A program made the translations under genes and the position numbers. From Candidatus Firestoneibacteriota bacterium (GTDB lineage Bacteria; Oederibacteriota; D2-FULL-39-29; JBBTED01), in the NCBI GenBank assembly GCA_038042445.1, contig JBBTED010000067.1, positions 15,309 through 79,308 of the forward strand: a stretch of DNA of 64,000 bases, in the 5' to 3' direction. Within the stretch, counting starts at the first letter, position 1; each line of letters starts with the position of its first letter. The notes beneath the pieces are model-generated. The model did no database searches. It saw nothing but the letters and a program-made list of their open reading frames with translations, and was not told the DNA's origin. Shown piece by piece: positions 36,297 to 46,331 of this stretch.

Positions 36297-37658
36297 TTGG
36301 AAGTAAAACAAATAGTTCTGCTTTGTACAATTTTAAGTTCTTTTATTGTTCCATTTATGGCATCATCAATTAATATTTCTCTTCCATTAATTGCCAAAGA
36401 GTTTTCAATGGATGCAATATTGTTAGGATGGGTTGCAACATCATATCTTCTATCTGCAGCAATATTTCTTGTTCCTTTTGGTAGGATGGCAGATATATAT
36501 GGAAGAAAGAAAAGTTTTTTATATGGCACAATAATTTATACTATAGCATCTACGTTTTTAGTGTTTTCAAACTCTTCTTCTTTACTTATTGCATTTAGGG
36601 TTTTACAAGGTATAGGCGGTGCAATGATATTTGGTGCTGGAACGGCAATTTTAATTTCTGTATTTCCTATTAAAGAAAGAGGTAAGGCATTAGGGATAAA
36701 TGTTGCTTCAGTTTATCTTGGGCTTTCAATGGGGCCATTTTTGGGTGGAATTATTACTCAGCATTTTGGATGGAGAAGTATTTTTTTGATAAATGTTCCT
36801 GTTGGTATAATAATAATTTTACTTGTTCTTTGGAAACTAAAAGGGGAATGGACTGAATGTGAAGGAGAAAAATTTGATTGGATAGGATCTATAATTTTCG
36901 TTATTACGTTTTTTTTTATAATGTATGGATTTTCCAGTTTGCCTGCAAGAACAGGCATATTATTAATTCTAATGGGAGTTTTAGGATTTTTAATGTTTAT
37001 TAAGTGGGAGGCAAAAATACAATTTCCAGTTTATAATATTAATCTTTTTAAAAATAACACAGTTTTTGCTTTTTCAAATTTAGCTGCATTGATTAATTAT
37101 AGCGCGACATTTTCTGTGACTTTTCTTTTGAGCCTTTATTTGCAGTATATAAAAGCACTTAGTCCTAAAGATGCAGGTTTGATTTTGTTTTCACAGCCAA
37201 TTGTAATGGCTATTTTTTCACCATTAGCAGGTAAACTTTCAGATAAAATTGAACCACGGATAGTTTCTTCTATAGGTATGATATTAGCGACTATAGGACT
37301 TTTTCTTTTTACTTTTTTAGGTGAAAACACTACGATTACTTTTATTGTATTTACTCTGATTTTGCTTGGTTTTGGATTTGCTCTTTTTTCATCTCCGAAT
37401 ACAAATGCAGTTATGAGTTCTGTTGATAAAAAATACTATGGTATAGCGAGTGCAACACTTGGAACAATGCGGTTAATAGGCCAGATGCTTAGTATGGGAT
37501 TTGCTATGCTTGTATTTTCAATATTTATTGGAAAAGTGCAGATTACACCTTTTTATTATCCACTTTTTATAAAAAGTGTTAAAACATTATTTATGATTTT
37601 TTCAATTATTTGTTTTGGTGGTATATTTGCATCATTTGCAAGAGGCAAATTAAGATGA
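36297..37658 (+). CDS. MFS transporter, DHA2-like (14 TM)
   Basis: GRMADIYGRKK, RVLQGIG, GPFLGG...GWRSIF.INVP. Confidence 0.92.
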   Translation: MEVKQIVLLCTILSSFIVPFMASSINISLPLIAKEFSMDAILLGWVATSYLLSAAIFLVPFGRMADIYGRKKSFLYGTIIYTIASTFLVFSNSSSLLIAFRVLQGIGGAMIFGAGTAILISVFPIKERGKALGINVASVYLGLSMGPFLGGIITQHFGWRSIFLINVPVGIIIILLVLWKLKGEWTECEGEKFDWIGSIIFVITFFFIMYGFSSLPARTGILLILMGVLGFLMFIKWEAKIQFPVYNINLFKNNTVFAFSNLAALINYSATFSVTFLLSLYLQYIKALSPKDAGLILFSQPIVMAIFSPLAGKLSDKIEPRIVSSIGMILATIGLFLFTFLGENTTITFIVFTLILLGFGFALFSSPNTNAVMSSVDKKYYGIASATLGTMRLIGQMLSMGFAMLVFSIFIGKVQITPFYYPLFIKSVKTLFMIFSIICFGGIFASFARGKLR

Positions 37659-38767
37659 ATAAATTGTATTTTTTGTTTTTTATTTTAATATTTTCTTTGG
37701 TGTATCTTGGAATTCATTATTATGTGTATAGTCGTATTGTTGCTGGATTATCTATTTCTGTTTGTGCACGTAGTTACTTAAGAATATTTTTCTTGATAGC
37801 AGCTTTATCATTTGTGCTTGGAGAATTTTTAAGTAGATATATATCTGTATATCCTGTTGTATATTTAGGTAATGTATGGTTTGGTATTATATCAATTGCT
37901 CTTTCAATTTTTATTGTAAAAGACATATTGGGATTGCTTCGTTGTTTTGCAACTCGCAATGACAAGTTATTAACTTACTCTGCAATTATTTTGGTAATTT
38001 TGTTGTCTGGTTATGCGCTTTACAATGCAGCACAAAAACCAAAATTAAGAGAAGTTAAAATTACACATAGAAAAATCACAAAAGAACTTTCAGGGTTTAC
38101 AATTATCCAACTGTCTGATTTGCATTTATCAGTTTTAAAATCAGCACAATGGCTTGGTTCTATTGTGGATAGGGTTAATGGACTTAATCCGGATTTAATA
38201 GTTATTACAGGAGATTTAATGGATTCAGAGTCTAAGGGGACTGGTGAGATCTGTGAAGCACTTAAAAATTTAAAAGCAAAATATGGTGTTTTTGGTATTA
38301 CAGGAAATCACGAGTATTATTTTGGAATTGATAAATTTATGGAAATTGCTAAAAAATCAAATATAAATATTTTACGAAATGATAAAATTACTATTGCTAA
38401 TGATATAGAACTTATTGGAATTGATGATGATACTGGCAAACAATATCAGGAAACAGGCAGTGATTTAAAAAAAATAATGCAAAACTGTGATTTTAAGAAG
38501 ATGATTATACTTTTGGCTCATAGTCCTGTTGGTTTTGGCACTGCAGTGGATTTAGGTATTGATTTACAGTTGTCAGGTCATACGCATAGGGGACAGATTC
38601 CTCCAATGAATTTTTTGGTATATCTCTATTATAAGTATCCTTATGGGTTATACAAGAAAAGTTCTTCTTACATTTATACTACTTCTGGTACAGGAACATG
38701 GGCAATTCCAATGAGGCTTTTCTCTCGGTCTGAAATTGTAAAAATTACTTTGCAAAATGACAAATAG
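37655..38767 (+). CDS. Membrane-anchored metallophosphoesterase
   Basis: SDLH, TGD..D, GNHE, SGHTH.GQ; in-frame repeat at 37930-37963. Confidence 0.92.
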   Translation: MNKLYFLFFILIFSLVYLGIHYYVYSRIVAGLSISVCARSYLRIFFLIAALSFVLGEFLSRYISVYPVVYLGNVWFGIISIALSIFIVKDILGLLRCFATRNDKLLTYSAIILVILLSGYALYNAAQKPKLREVKITHRKITKELSGFTIIQLSDLHLSVLKSAQWLGSIVDRVNGLNPDLIVITGDLMDSESKGTGEICEALKNLKAKYGVFGITGNHEYYFGIDKFMEIAKKSNINILRNDKITIANDIELIGIDDDTGKQYQETGSDLKKIMQNCDFKKMIILLAHSPVGFGTAVDLGIDLQLSGHTHRGQIPPMNFLVYLYYKYPYGLYKKSSSYIYTTSGTGTWAIPMRLFSRSEIVKITLQNDK

Positions 38768-38795
38768 AGTATAAAATGAGTTATTAGATGAATGC

Positions 38796-38877
38796 GTCAT
38801 TGCGAGCGTTAGCGAAGCAATCTCAAATACTTTTTAGAGATTGCCACGACCAAAATAAATTTTGGTCTCGCAATGAC
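38796..38877. repeat. GTCATTGCGAG...CTCGCAATGAC doublet
   Basis: Long inverted repeat with internal GAGCGTTAGCGAAGCAATCTC. Confidence 0.85.
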
Positions 38878-38887
38878 AATATAGGTT

Positions 38888-41065
38888 ATGTTTGATAAAT
38901 CAGAATATACATTTACAGAAAAGCTAAAAGAAAATAAAAATTTCATTATCCATAAAGGGTTTTTCAATTCTGATGAAGATAAAAAAATCTTTCTTTTTGT
39001 AATTATTAAAACATCAGGAATGAATTCTTTAGATGTTATACAGATTAAATATGAGTGTGATATAGCCAAAAAAATCGAATCAAATAATACTGTAAAAATT
39101 TATGAAGTAATAGAGTCTCGAGATGAAATTATCTTAGTGGTGGAAAATTTCGAATCAATATTATTTAAAACTTTTCTTTATGAAAGCTCAATTGATATTA
39201 AGAAATTTTTGACATTAAGCATTCAATTAGCTAATGCTTTATGTGATATACATAAACATAATATCATTCACAAAAATATAACCCCATACAGCATTTTTAT
39301 TGAGAAAAATGGTGATATAGTTAAAGTAGGTGATTTGGGTATATCATCTTTAATTACAAAGGAAAACGAATTTATTTATGATAGAAGTGTATTAGAAGAA
39401 AGATTGCCATATATTTCGCCAGAGCAAACAGGAAGGATGAATTGTTCTGTGGATTATCGTACAGATTTCTATTCTTTAGGTGTTACCTTATATGAAATGC
39501 TTACAGGTAGACTGCCATTAAAATCAAATGATCCTTTGGAGCTTATTCATTTTCATATAGCTAAAAATCCAATAGCCCCAAGTAAATTAAATGAAGATAT
39601 ACCAAAAGCAATTTCTGATATAGTAATGAAACTGCTTTCTAAAATTCCTGAAGAGAGATATCAAAATAGTTATGGATTGAAATATGATTTAGAAAAATGC
39701 CTGAAGCAATTAGTTGAGAAAGGTAAAATTGAAGACATTAGTATTGGTGAAAACGATATTTCTGATAAATTTTATTTGCCTCAAAAACTTTATGGTAGAG
39801 AAAAAGAAATAAATGTTCTTCTGAAAACTTTTGATGAAATAAGTGAAAGTAAAACAAAAATAATGTTTGTATCAGGTTATTCAGGTATAGGAAAAACAAC
39901 ACTGATAAATGAAATCCATAAATTAGTGGTAAAAAAGAAAGGGTATTTTGTTGCAGGAAAATTTGAGCAATTTGAAAAAGATATTCCATACAATGCTATA
40001 ATTAATGCTTTTCAAAATTTAGTCAGGAATATATTAACTGAAAACGAGGATAGGATAAAAATATGGAGAAATAAATTATTAGAAGCAGTGGGAATCAATG
40101 GGCAGATAATTGTTGATGTAATTCCTGAAGTGGAGTTAATAATAGGAAAACAATCTTCTGTAGCCCAATTGGAACCTAAGGAAACTCAAAATAGGTTCAA
40201 TATGATTTTTCAAAAATTCATAGAAGTTTTTTCAAAAGAAGAACATCCATTGGTTTTATTCTTAGATGATTTGCAATGGATAGACATAGCCAGTTTAAAT
40301 CTAATAGATAATATTATAACTGATTCTACTATAAAGTTTTTCCTTATTATAGGCGCCTATAGAGATAATGAAGTAAGTATTTCACATCCACTTATATTAA
40401 CAATTGATGGTTTTAAAAAAATAGGTATAGATATATCTAATATAAAATTATTGCCGTTAGAAGTGTTAGATGTAACTAATTTGCTTTAGGATGTTTTTAA
40501 TAAAAAAGGAAAGGAAGTAGAAGAATTAGGACAGTTAATCCAGAAAAAATCAGGAGGTAACCCATTTTTTGTAAAAGAAATTTTGAAATCTCTTTATAAA
40601 AATAAAATATTAAAGTTTGAAATTGATGAGGGTTGGAAATGGGATATAAGGGAAATAGAAAATATTGAAGCAACCAATAATGTAGTAGAATTCTTAAGTA
40701 GTAAAATCAGCAGATTGTCTTTATATGTGAATAAAAGTCAGATTCAACAAGTGATAATAAACTTATGTAGTAATGCAATAGATGCAATGTCTAATGGCGG
40801 AAAGATTACTGTTAAAATTAGAAAAATAGATAATGAATATGAAAAAAATGTTGAAATTACTGTTTCTGATACAGGCGTAGGTATACTAAAAGAAATACAA
40901 AAAAGGATGTTTGAACAATTTTTTACAACAAAAGAAGTTGGGAAAGGCACTGGGTTGGGATTAAGTTTGTGTTATGAAATAATTCAAAAACATAATGGAA
41001 CCATTAAATTTGAAAGTGAAAGTGGTAAAGGAACAAAGTTTATTATAAACTTACCAATTAATTAG
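38888..41065 (+). pseudogene. Degraded Ser/Thr kinase-AAA ATPase-histidine kinase hybrid
   Basis: In-frame TAG at 40487; frame continues (GGNPFF) and then jumps directly to HATPase_c; HKN in place of HKD. Confidence 0.8.
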
Positions 41066-41071
41066 ATAAAT

Positions 41072-41106
41072 CTTACTCCCCCTTTAATAAAGGGGGAGTA
41101 AGGGGG
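41072..41106. repeat. CCCCCTTTAATAAAGGGGG palindrome
   Basis: CTTACTCCCCCTTTAATAAAGGGGGAGTAAG stem; copies at 50714, 60923. Confidence 0.8.
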
Positions 41107-41130
41107 TTGTTTCCAAAGGAGATTTAGCAA

Positions 41131-42222
41131 ATGAATGAAAAAACTAAAATTTTAGTTATTGATGATGAAAAAGGAATAAGAGATTTAATTTGTTTTGAAC
41201 TTAAAGATCAGGGGTATGCAGTAGATACTGTTTCAAATGGAGAAGAAGGTATTGAAAAAATAAGAAAAGAAAAATTTGATGTAGTTGTTAGTGATATAAA
41301 AATGTTAGGTATGGATGGTATTGCTGTTCTTGGAGAGATAAAAAAAATTGATTCTACAGTAGAAGTAATTATGGCAACAGGATATGCAACAATAGAAACT
41401 GCGATTGAAAGTTTAAGAAAAGGTGCAACTGATTATATTACAAAGCCATTTGAAATGTCAGAACTTTTAAGTACTGTTGAAAAAGCAGTGGAGCTGAGAA
41501 ATTTAAAATCTCAACTTGTTACTTTAAAGGAAATGGAGAAATTAAAAGAAGAATTTATGTCTATGGTTTCACATGATTTAAAAACACCGCTAACTGCTAT
41601 ATCTGGTGCTGTTGATGTGCTTTTTGATGTTACAAATTCTGGAGAGACTAATACAAAAAAGCTTTTAGAAATAATTAAACGGCAGGCGGAAAAAATGAAG
41701 AAGCTTATAAATGATTTACTGGATTTTACAAGAATGGAATCCGGGTTTGTAGAGCTAAAAAAACAGAGTATTTTTGTTGTAGAACTTATAAATGATGCAA
41801 TAAAAGAATTGGGACCATTGGCAGAAAAAAAGAAAGTAGAAATTAAATTTCAGGGTTCTTGTAATTCTGAAACAAGTATTAATTGTGACTATGAATATAT
41901 TAAACGTGTTTTTTTGAATCTTTTGGTAAATGCTATAAAATATACTCCGGATGGAGGTATGGTGATTGTCTATTTTAAAGAAGAAGCATCAGGAATAAAA
42001 TTTATAATTGAAGACAATGGTATTGGAATTGCAACAGAAAATTTAAAAAAAGTATTTGAAAAATTTTATAGGGTTGATCAATCACTTGTAAAATCAACAA
42101 GTGGTTTTGGGCTGGGACTTTCTATATGCAGGAAAATTGTGGAGTTTCATGGTGGTAGAATTTGGGTAGAATCAGAAGGCATAAATAAGGGTTCAAAGCT
42201 TATATTTACACTTCCAAAGTAG
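41131..42222 (+). CDS. Hybrid response regulator / sensor histidine kinase
   Basis: ILVIDDE, SDIKM, SHDLKTPL, NAIKY, GFGLGL. Confidence 0.92.
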   Translation: MNEKTKILVIDDEKGIRDLICFELKDQGYAVDTVSNGEEGIEKIRKEKFDVVVSDIKMLGMDGIAVLGEIKKIDSTVEVIMATGYATIETAIESLRKGATDYITKPFEMSELLSTVEKAVELRNLKSQLVTLKEMEKLKEEFMSMVSHDLKTPLTAISGAVDVLFDVTNSGETNTKKLLEIIKRQAEKMKKLINDLLDFTRMESGFVELKKQSIFVVELINDAIKELGPLAEKKKVEIKFQGSCNSETSINCDYEYIKRVFLNLLVNAIKYTPDGGMVIVYFKEEASGIKFIIEDNGIGIATENLKKVFEKFYRVDQSLVKSTSGFGLGLSICRKIVEFHGGRIWVESEGINKGSKLIFTLPK

Positions 42223-42274
42223 CGGTTGCATTACAATGCAACGAATTATTGTAGAATTGGAATCCTACCGCTAC
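42219..42274. repeat. GTAGCGG...CCGCTAC REP doublet providing the stop codon of the upstream gene
   Basis: TAG 42220-42222 is part of the GTAG end. Confidence 0.65.
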
Positions 42275-42325
42275 TTTATAATTCGCTAACAAACGTTAAA
42301 ATTAGATAATAATAAATAAAAATAC

Positions 42326-42354
42326 TTGACAAACGATAATATATGTGGTATAAT
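42326..42354 (+). promoter_or_regulatory. Consensus sigma70 promoter (likely leaderless transcript)
   Basis: TTGACA-17 nt-TATAAT with TG extension, ATG 7 nt downstream. Confidence 0.8.
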
Positions 42355-42361
42355 TACATAT

Positions 42362-43144
42362 ATGATTGATAATAAAATGTTTCCAGAAGAAAGAAGGCAG
42401 AAAATTCTTACCATTGTTAATAATAATGGTAGGGTGGATGTTTTGGAACTCGCTAATGAATTTAAAGCTTCTGTTGCTACAATTCGGACGGATTTAAATT
42501 ATCTTGCAGTTAATGGGGATATTAAACGAACACATGGTGGGGCTATTTTACTAAAACGCAGTAATATTGTTGAAAAGGAAATACCTGTAATTGAGAAAGA
42601 AAATATTGCTATTGAAGGAAAAATAAAAATGGCAAAAGCAGCACTTGAATTTATTGAAAATAAACAAAGTATATTTTTAGATATAGGTAGCACTGTATAT
42701 CAATTTGCCAAGTTACTTTCTAATAAACATGGATTAAGTATAATAACGAATTCATTTCGTATTGCCAATGAAGTTAGCAGATATTCGGATAAAGAGCTTA
42801 TTTTTATTGGTGGGGTATTTAGAGAAAAAACACAAGCAACATCTGGTCCATTAGCAATGAAAGTTTTAGAAGAAATCTATGTTCATACTTTTTTTATGTC
42901 AGTAAGTGGCATAGATTTTAAAAATGGTTTAACTACTTCACATATTTCTGAAGCAGAAATAAAAAAGAAAATGATAGAGAAAGCACAAAAAGTAATTGTG
43001 TTAGCAGATAGTTCAAAATTTAATAAAGTTGATTTTGCACGGGTGTGTGCTATTACAGATGTAGATATAATAATTACAGATAATATTTCTAAGGAAAATG
43101 AAGCTTCAATAAAAGATTTAGGTGTGAAATTGATAATAGCATAG
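42362..43144 (+). CDS. DeoR/GlpR family transcriptional regulator
   Basis: ERRQKIL, TIRTDL, RTHGGA, IFLD.GST, LADSSKF. Confidence 0.93.
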   Translation: MIDNKMFPEERRQKILTIVNNNGRVDVLELANEFKASVATIRTDLNYLAVNGDIKRTHGGAILLKRSNIVEKEIPVIEKENIAIEGKIKMAKAALEFIENKQSIFLDIGSTVYQFAKLLSNKHGLSIITNSFRIANEVSRYSDKELIFIGGVFREKTQATSGPLAMKVLEEIYVHTFFMSVSGIDFKNGLTTSHISEAEIKKKMIEKAQKVIVLADSSKFNKVDFARVCAITDVDIIITDNISKENEASIKDLGVKLIIA

Positions 43145-43173
43145 AGAATTAAGAAAAATAACCAATTAGATAA

Positions 43174-43281
43174 GGTAATGTCAAAAGCAGTATGAAAGGT
43201 AGTCGCAGGCTTTAGCCTGCGGTTTTTCTTCGCAAGCTAAAGCTTGCGGCTACCAAGGCATTAAAAACTTTTGACAATACG
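43174..43281. mobile_element. MITE-like element carrying a REP doublet
   Basis: TIR GGTAATGTCAAAAG / CTTTTGACAATACG (12/14), flanking TTAGATAA direct repeat, inner GTAG..CTAC pair 43199-43253. Confidence 0.7.
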
Positions 43282-43305
43282 TTAGATAAAAGGGGGGATT
43301 TCCAA

Positions 43306-43818
43306 GTGAAAAAAGAAGCAATAACTGTTATAAAAGCAAGGCGTTCTGTTAGAGCATTTAAAAAGGAAATAATAGCTAAAGATATTATAGAAGATATTAT
43401 AGATTGTGGGAGATTAGCTCCTACAGCTAATAATATACAGCCTTGGCAATTTGTTGTGGTGACAGATGTAGGAAAACGCGAGCATATTGCAGAAATGACT
43501 GATTACGGCGGGTTTATTGCTGATGCTCCTGTATGTATTGTAGTATTTTGTGAAAATACCAAGTATTTTTTAGAAGATGGTTGTGCTGCTGTTGAAAACA
43601 TATTGTTAGCTGTAGAATCTTATGGATTAGGAGCATGTTGGGTAGCTGGAGATAAAAAGAGTTATGCAGAGGAAATAAAACGATTTTTGAAGGTGCCAGA
43701 TAATTATAAATTAGTAGCGTTAATACCAATAGGTTATCCAGCACATATTTCTTCCTATGCTGGTTTCAAGAAGCCATTAGACAAAGTGTTACACTGGGAG
43801 GAATTTGGAAACAAATAG
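43306..43818 (+). CDS. Nitroreductase family protein
   Basis: RRSVRAF, APTANN.QPW.FVVV, GLGACW, IPIGY. Confidence 0.93.
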   Translation: MKKEAITVIKARRSVRAFKKEIIAKDIIEDIIDCGRLAPTANNIQPWQFVVVTDVGKREHIAEMTDYGGFIADAPVCIVVFCENTKYFLEDGCAAVENILLAVESYGLGACWVAGDKKSYAEEIKRFLKVPDNYKLVALIPIGYPAHISSYAGFKKPLDKVLHWEEFGNK

Positions 43819-43822
43819 TGAT

Positions 43823-44797
43823 ATGAAAAAAAATAAAGAACAATTTTTAGGATTAGATTGTGGAGGAACCAATATTAAAATTGCTCTTGTAGATTCAGAA
43901 GGTGAAATACTTAAAAGTGCTATTGAACCTATTAGTTACAAACAATCGCCACAGAAAGTGCTTAAAAATATTACAAGCTGTGTTCAACATTTTATGGACA
44001 AGAATTGCACAAGTAAAATTAAAGGTTTAGGTATTGGAGTTGCAGCAGAAGTAGACCAGAAAAATGGAATTATACTCAATGCAACTAATTTGGGATGGAG
44101 AAATGTTCCCATCGCTGATTTTTTTACAAAAGAACTGGGTATTCCCATAAATGTAGAAAATGATTCGCATTGTGCAGCATGGGGATCTTATTGCCTTGAT
44201 GCTAAAAAAAAATGCAGCACTTTAATTTGTTTGACATTAGGAACAGGTGTAGGCGGTGGTATTATTATAGGTGGTAAATTATACAGAGGGCCAAATGGAT
44301 TAGCTGGATACATTGGACATATGTCTATTTCATATTCCGGGCGTGTTTGCAGATGTGGTAGTATAGGTTGTTTGGAATCTATGGTTGGTGCATGGGCATT
44401 AAGCCAGACAGTAAAAGAAAGATGTTCAAAAAACTCCTTTCCAATTTTAAGAAAATTATTACGTATAGACAAACAATTTAAGATAACACCTGAATTGATT
44501 GCTGAAGCTGCAATAAATGGAGACTGTGATTGTCAGAAATTGTGGAATGAAACAGGTAAATATTTAGGTATTGCCTTAGGAAGTCTTGCCAACATTTTTA
44601 ATCCGGAGAAAATAATTCTTTGTGGTGGTATATCTAAAGCAGGTGTGCTTTTCTTAAAACCTATGCTGGATACTTTTAAAAAACAAGTATTTAAAACTAT
44701 ATTTCAATATACTGAAGTTTCTATTTCAAAATATACTGATAAAATTGGTGTTGTTGGTGCTGCTCTATTATTTATGGATGTTATATATGAAAGATAA
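43823..44797 (+). CDS. ROK family sugar kinase
   Basis: GLDCGGTNIK, VEND, LGTGVGGG, GH..CxCGSxGCLE. Confidence 0.9.
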   Translation: MKKNKEQFLGLDCGGTNIKIALVDSEGEILKSAIEPISYKQSPQKVLKNITSCVQHFMDKNCTSKIKGLGIGVAAEVDQKNGIILNATNLGWRNVPIADFFTKELGIPINVENDSHCAAWGSYCLDAKKKCSTLICLTLGTGVGGGIIIGGKLYRGPNGLAGYIGHMSISYSGRVCRCGSIGCLESMVGAWALSQTVKERCSKNSFPILRKLLRIDKQFKITPELIAEAAINGDCDCQKLWNETGKYLGIALGSLANIFNPEKIILCGGISKAGVLFLKPMLDTFKKQVFKTIFQYTEVSISKYTDKIGVVGAALLFMDVIYER

Positions 44798-45749
44798 AAT
44801 TTTGCAGGCAAATTTAGTATCTCCAGAAAAAATATTTTATTTTATTGGTGTTACTACAGAGAAATCTTCTATTATGAAAATTTTTCCAAAATGGATTGAA
44901 TTTTTAAAATTAGACAATTGTATAATCAAAGGAGTAAATTTTAAACCACATGATGAAGCTGGGGCATATAGAAAAATTGTAGAATATATTAAGAATGACA
45001 AACATTCTTTTGGTGCTCTTGTTACAACACATAAAATAGATTTGCTTAAAAGTTGTTATGACCTTTTTGAAGAATTAGATTATTATGCACAAGTTATGGG
45101 AGAAATTAGTTGCATTTCTAAATGTGATGGGAAACTGATTGGGCACGCTAAAGATCCTATAACCAGTGGTTTGGCTTTAGAAAAATTTTTACCTAAAGAC
45201 TATTGGTTGAAAAACAAAAGCGAAGTTTTTGTTATAGGAGCAGGTGGGTCATCAATAGCAATTACTTCATATCTAATGAATAAAGAGAGAGGTATAAATA
45301 AACCATCAAAAATTATTATATCAAATAGAAGCAGTGGGAGATTAGAAGAAATACAAAAAATACATAAAAAACTTATGTCAGATGTTTCTTGCGAATATTA
45401 TTTAACTCCAATACCGCAAGACAATGATAAAATTCTCAATAGTTTGAAACCGTATTCACTTGTAATTAATGCTACAGGTCTTGGAAAAGATGCTGCAGGT
45501 TCACCAATTACAGATAATGCTATTTTTCCGGAAAATGGAATAGCATGGGATTTTAATTATAGGGGAAACCTTATTTTTTTAGATAAGGCACGTGCGCAAC
45601 AAGAAGAAAAAAAATTGCATATTGAAGATGGCTGGGTGTATTTCATATATGGCTGGACTAAAGTAATAGCAGAAGTTTTTCACATTGAAATTCCATCAGC
45701 AGGTGAAAAATTCAATAAAATCTGTGAAATTGCAGAAAAGTTCAGATAA
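44787..45749 (+). CDS. Shikimate-dehydrogenase-like oxidoreductase
   Basis: GALVTTHK, GAGGS, INATGLG, WDFNYRG, EDGW; lacks canonical AroE N-terminal SxS motif. Confidence 0.7.
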   Translation: MKDKILQANLVSPEKIFYFIGVTTEKSSIMKIFPKWIEFLKLDNCIIKGVNFKPHDEAGAYRKIVEYIKNDKHSFGALVTTHKIDLLKSCYDLFEELDYYAQVMGEISCISKCDGKLIGHAKDPITSGLALEKFLPKDYWLKNKSEVFVIGAGGSSIAITSYLMNKERGINKPSKIIISNRSSGRLEEIQKIHKKLMSDVSCEYYLTPIPQDNDKILNSLKPYSLVINATGLGKDAAGSPITDNAIFPENGIAWDFNYRGNLIFLDKARAQQEEKKLHIEDGWVYFIYGWTKVIAEVFHIEIPSAGEKFNKICEIAEKFR

Positions 45750-45764
45750 TTAATAGGAGATAAT

Positions 45765-46331
45765 ATGATAAAAAAATCGATTAGACCATTTGGTATGGAT
45801 TTTGATTTGGAAAAAGGTATAATGAAAAATCCGGAGAAAATTATAGTTAGAAAAGCATCAGATATGCGTGGGTATTATACTGATGAAAAGGCATTGGAAA
45901 AAATTATCAAAAAGCAGGCGGATCCGATCCATTATGAGGTTTTTGAAAAACCTGTGCCTGAAGAAGATGGGCATTTATATTTTTGTATTAGTAAGCTTTG
46001 GCCTGGTTTAGTAGGGAATGAATATTTTATGACTAAAGGGCATTATCATAAAGTTGAAAAGACTGCTGAAATTTATCTTTGCCTTCGGGGAGAAGGATAT
46101 ATGTTAATGAAAACTGAAGAGGGAAAATGTGTTGCAGAACCTATGAAAAAAAACAAAATGATTTATGTTCCGCCTTATTGGGCACATCGTTCAGTAAATA
46201 TTGGAAATACGCCATTAATATCTTTATGTGTTTATCCTGCCCAAGCAGGACATAATTATAAAGATATAGAAAAAAAGGGATTTCCAAAAAGAATCTATAA
46301 TAGAAAAGGAAAAATTTGCATAGATGAATAA
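45765..46331 (+). CDS. Cupin-type glucose-6-phosphate isomerase family protein
   Basis: EYFMTKGHYH, EIY, YVPPYWAHRSVN, AGHNY. Confidence 0.9.
   Translation: MIKKSIRPFGMDFDLEKGIMKNPEKIIVRKASDMRGYYTDEKALEKIIKKQADPIHYEVFEKPVPEEDGHLYFCISKLWPGLVGNEYFMTKGHYHKVEKTAEIYLCLRGEGYMLMKTEEGKCVAEPMKKNKMIYVPPYWAHRSVNIGNTPLISLCVYPAQAGHNYKDIEKKGFPKRIYNRKGKICIDE

Noticed and set aside
40487..40489. Pyrrolysine or recoded TAG
   Set aside because: TAG ends many normal genes here, and the same gene shows other signs of decay.
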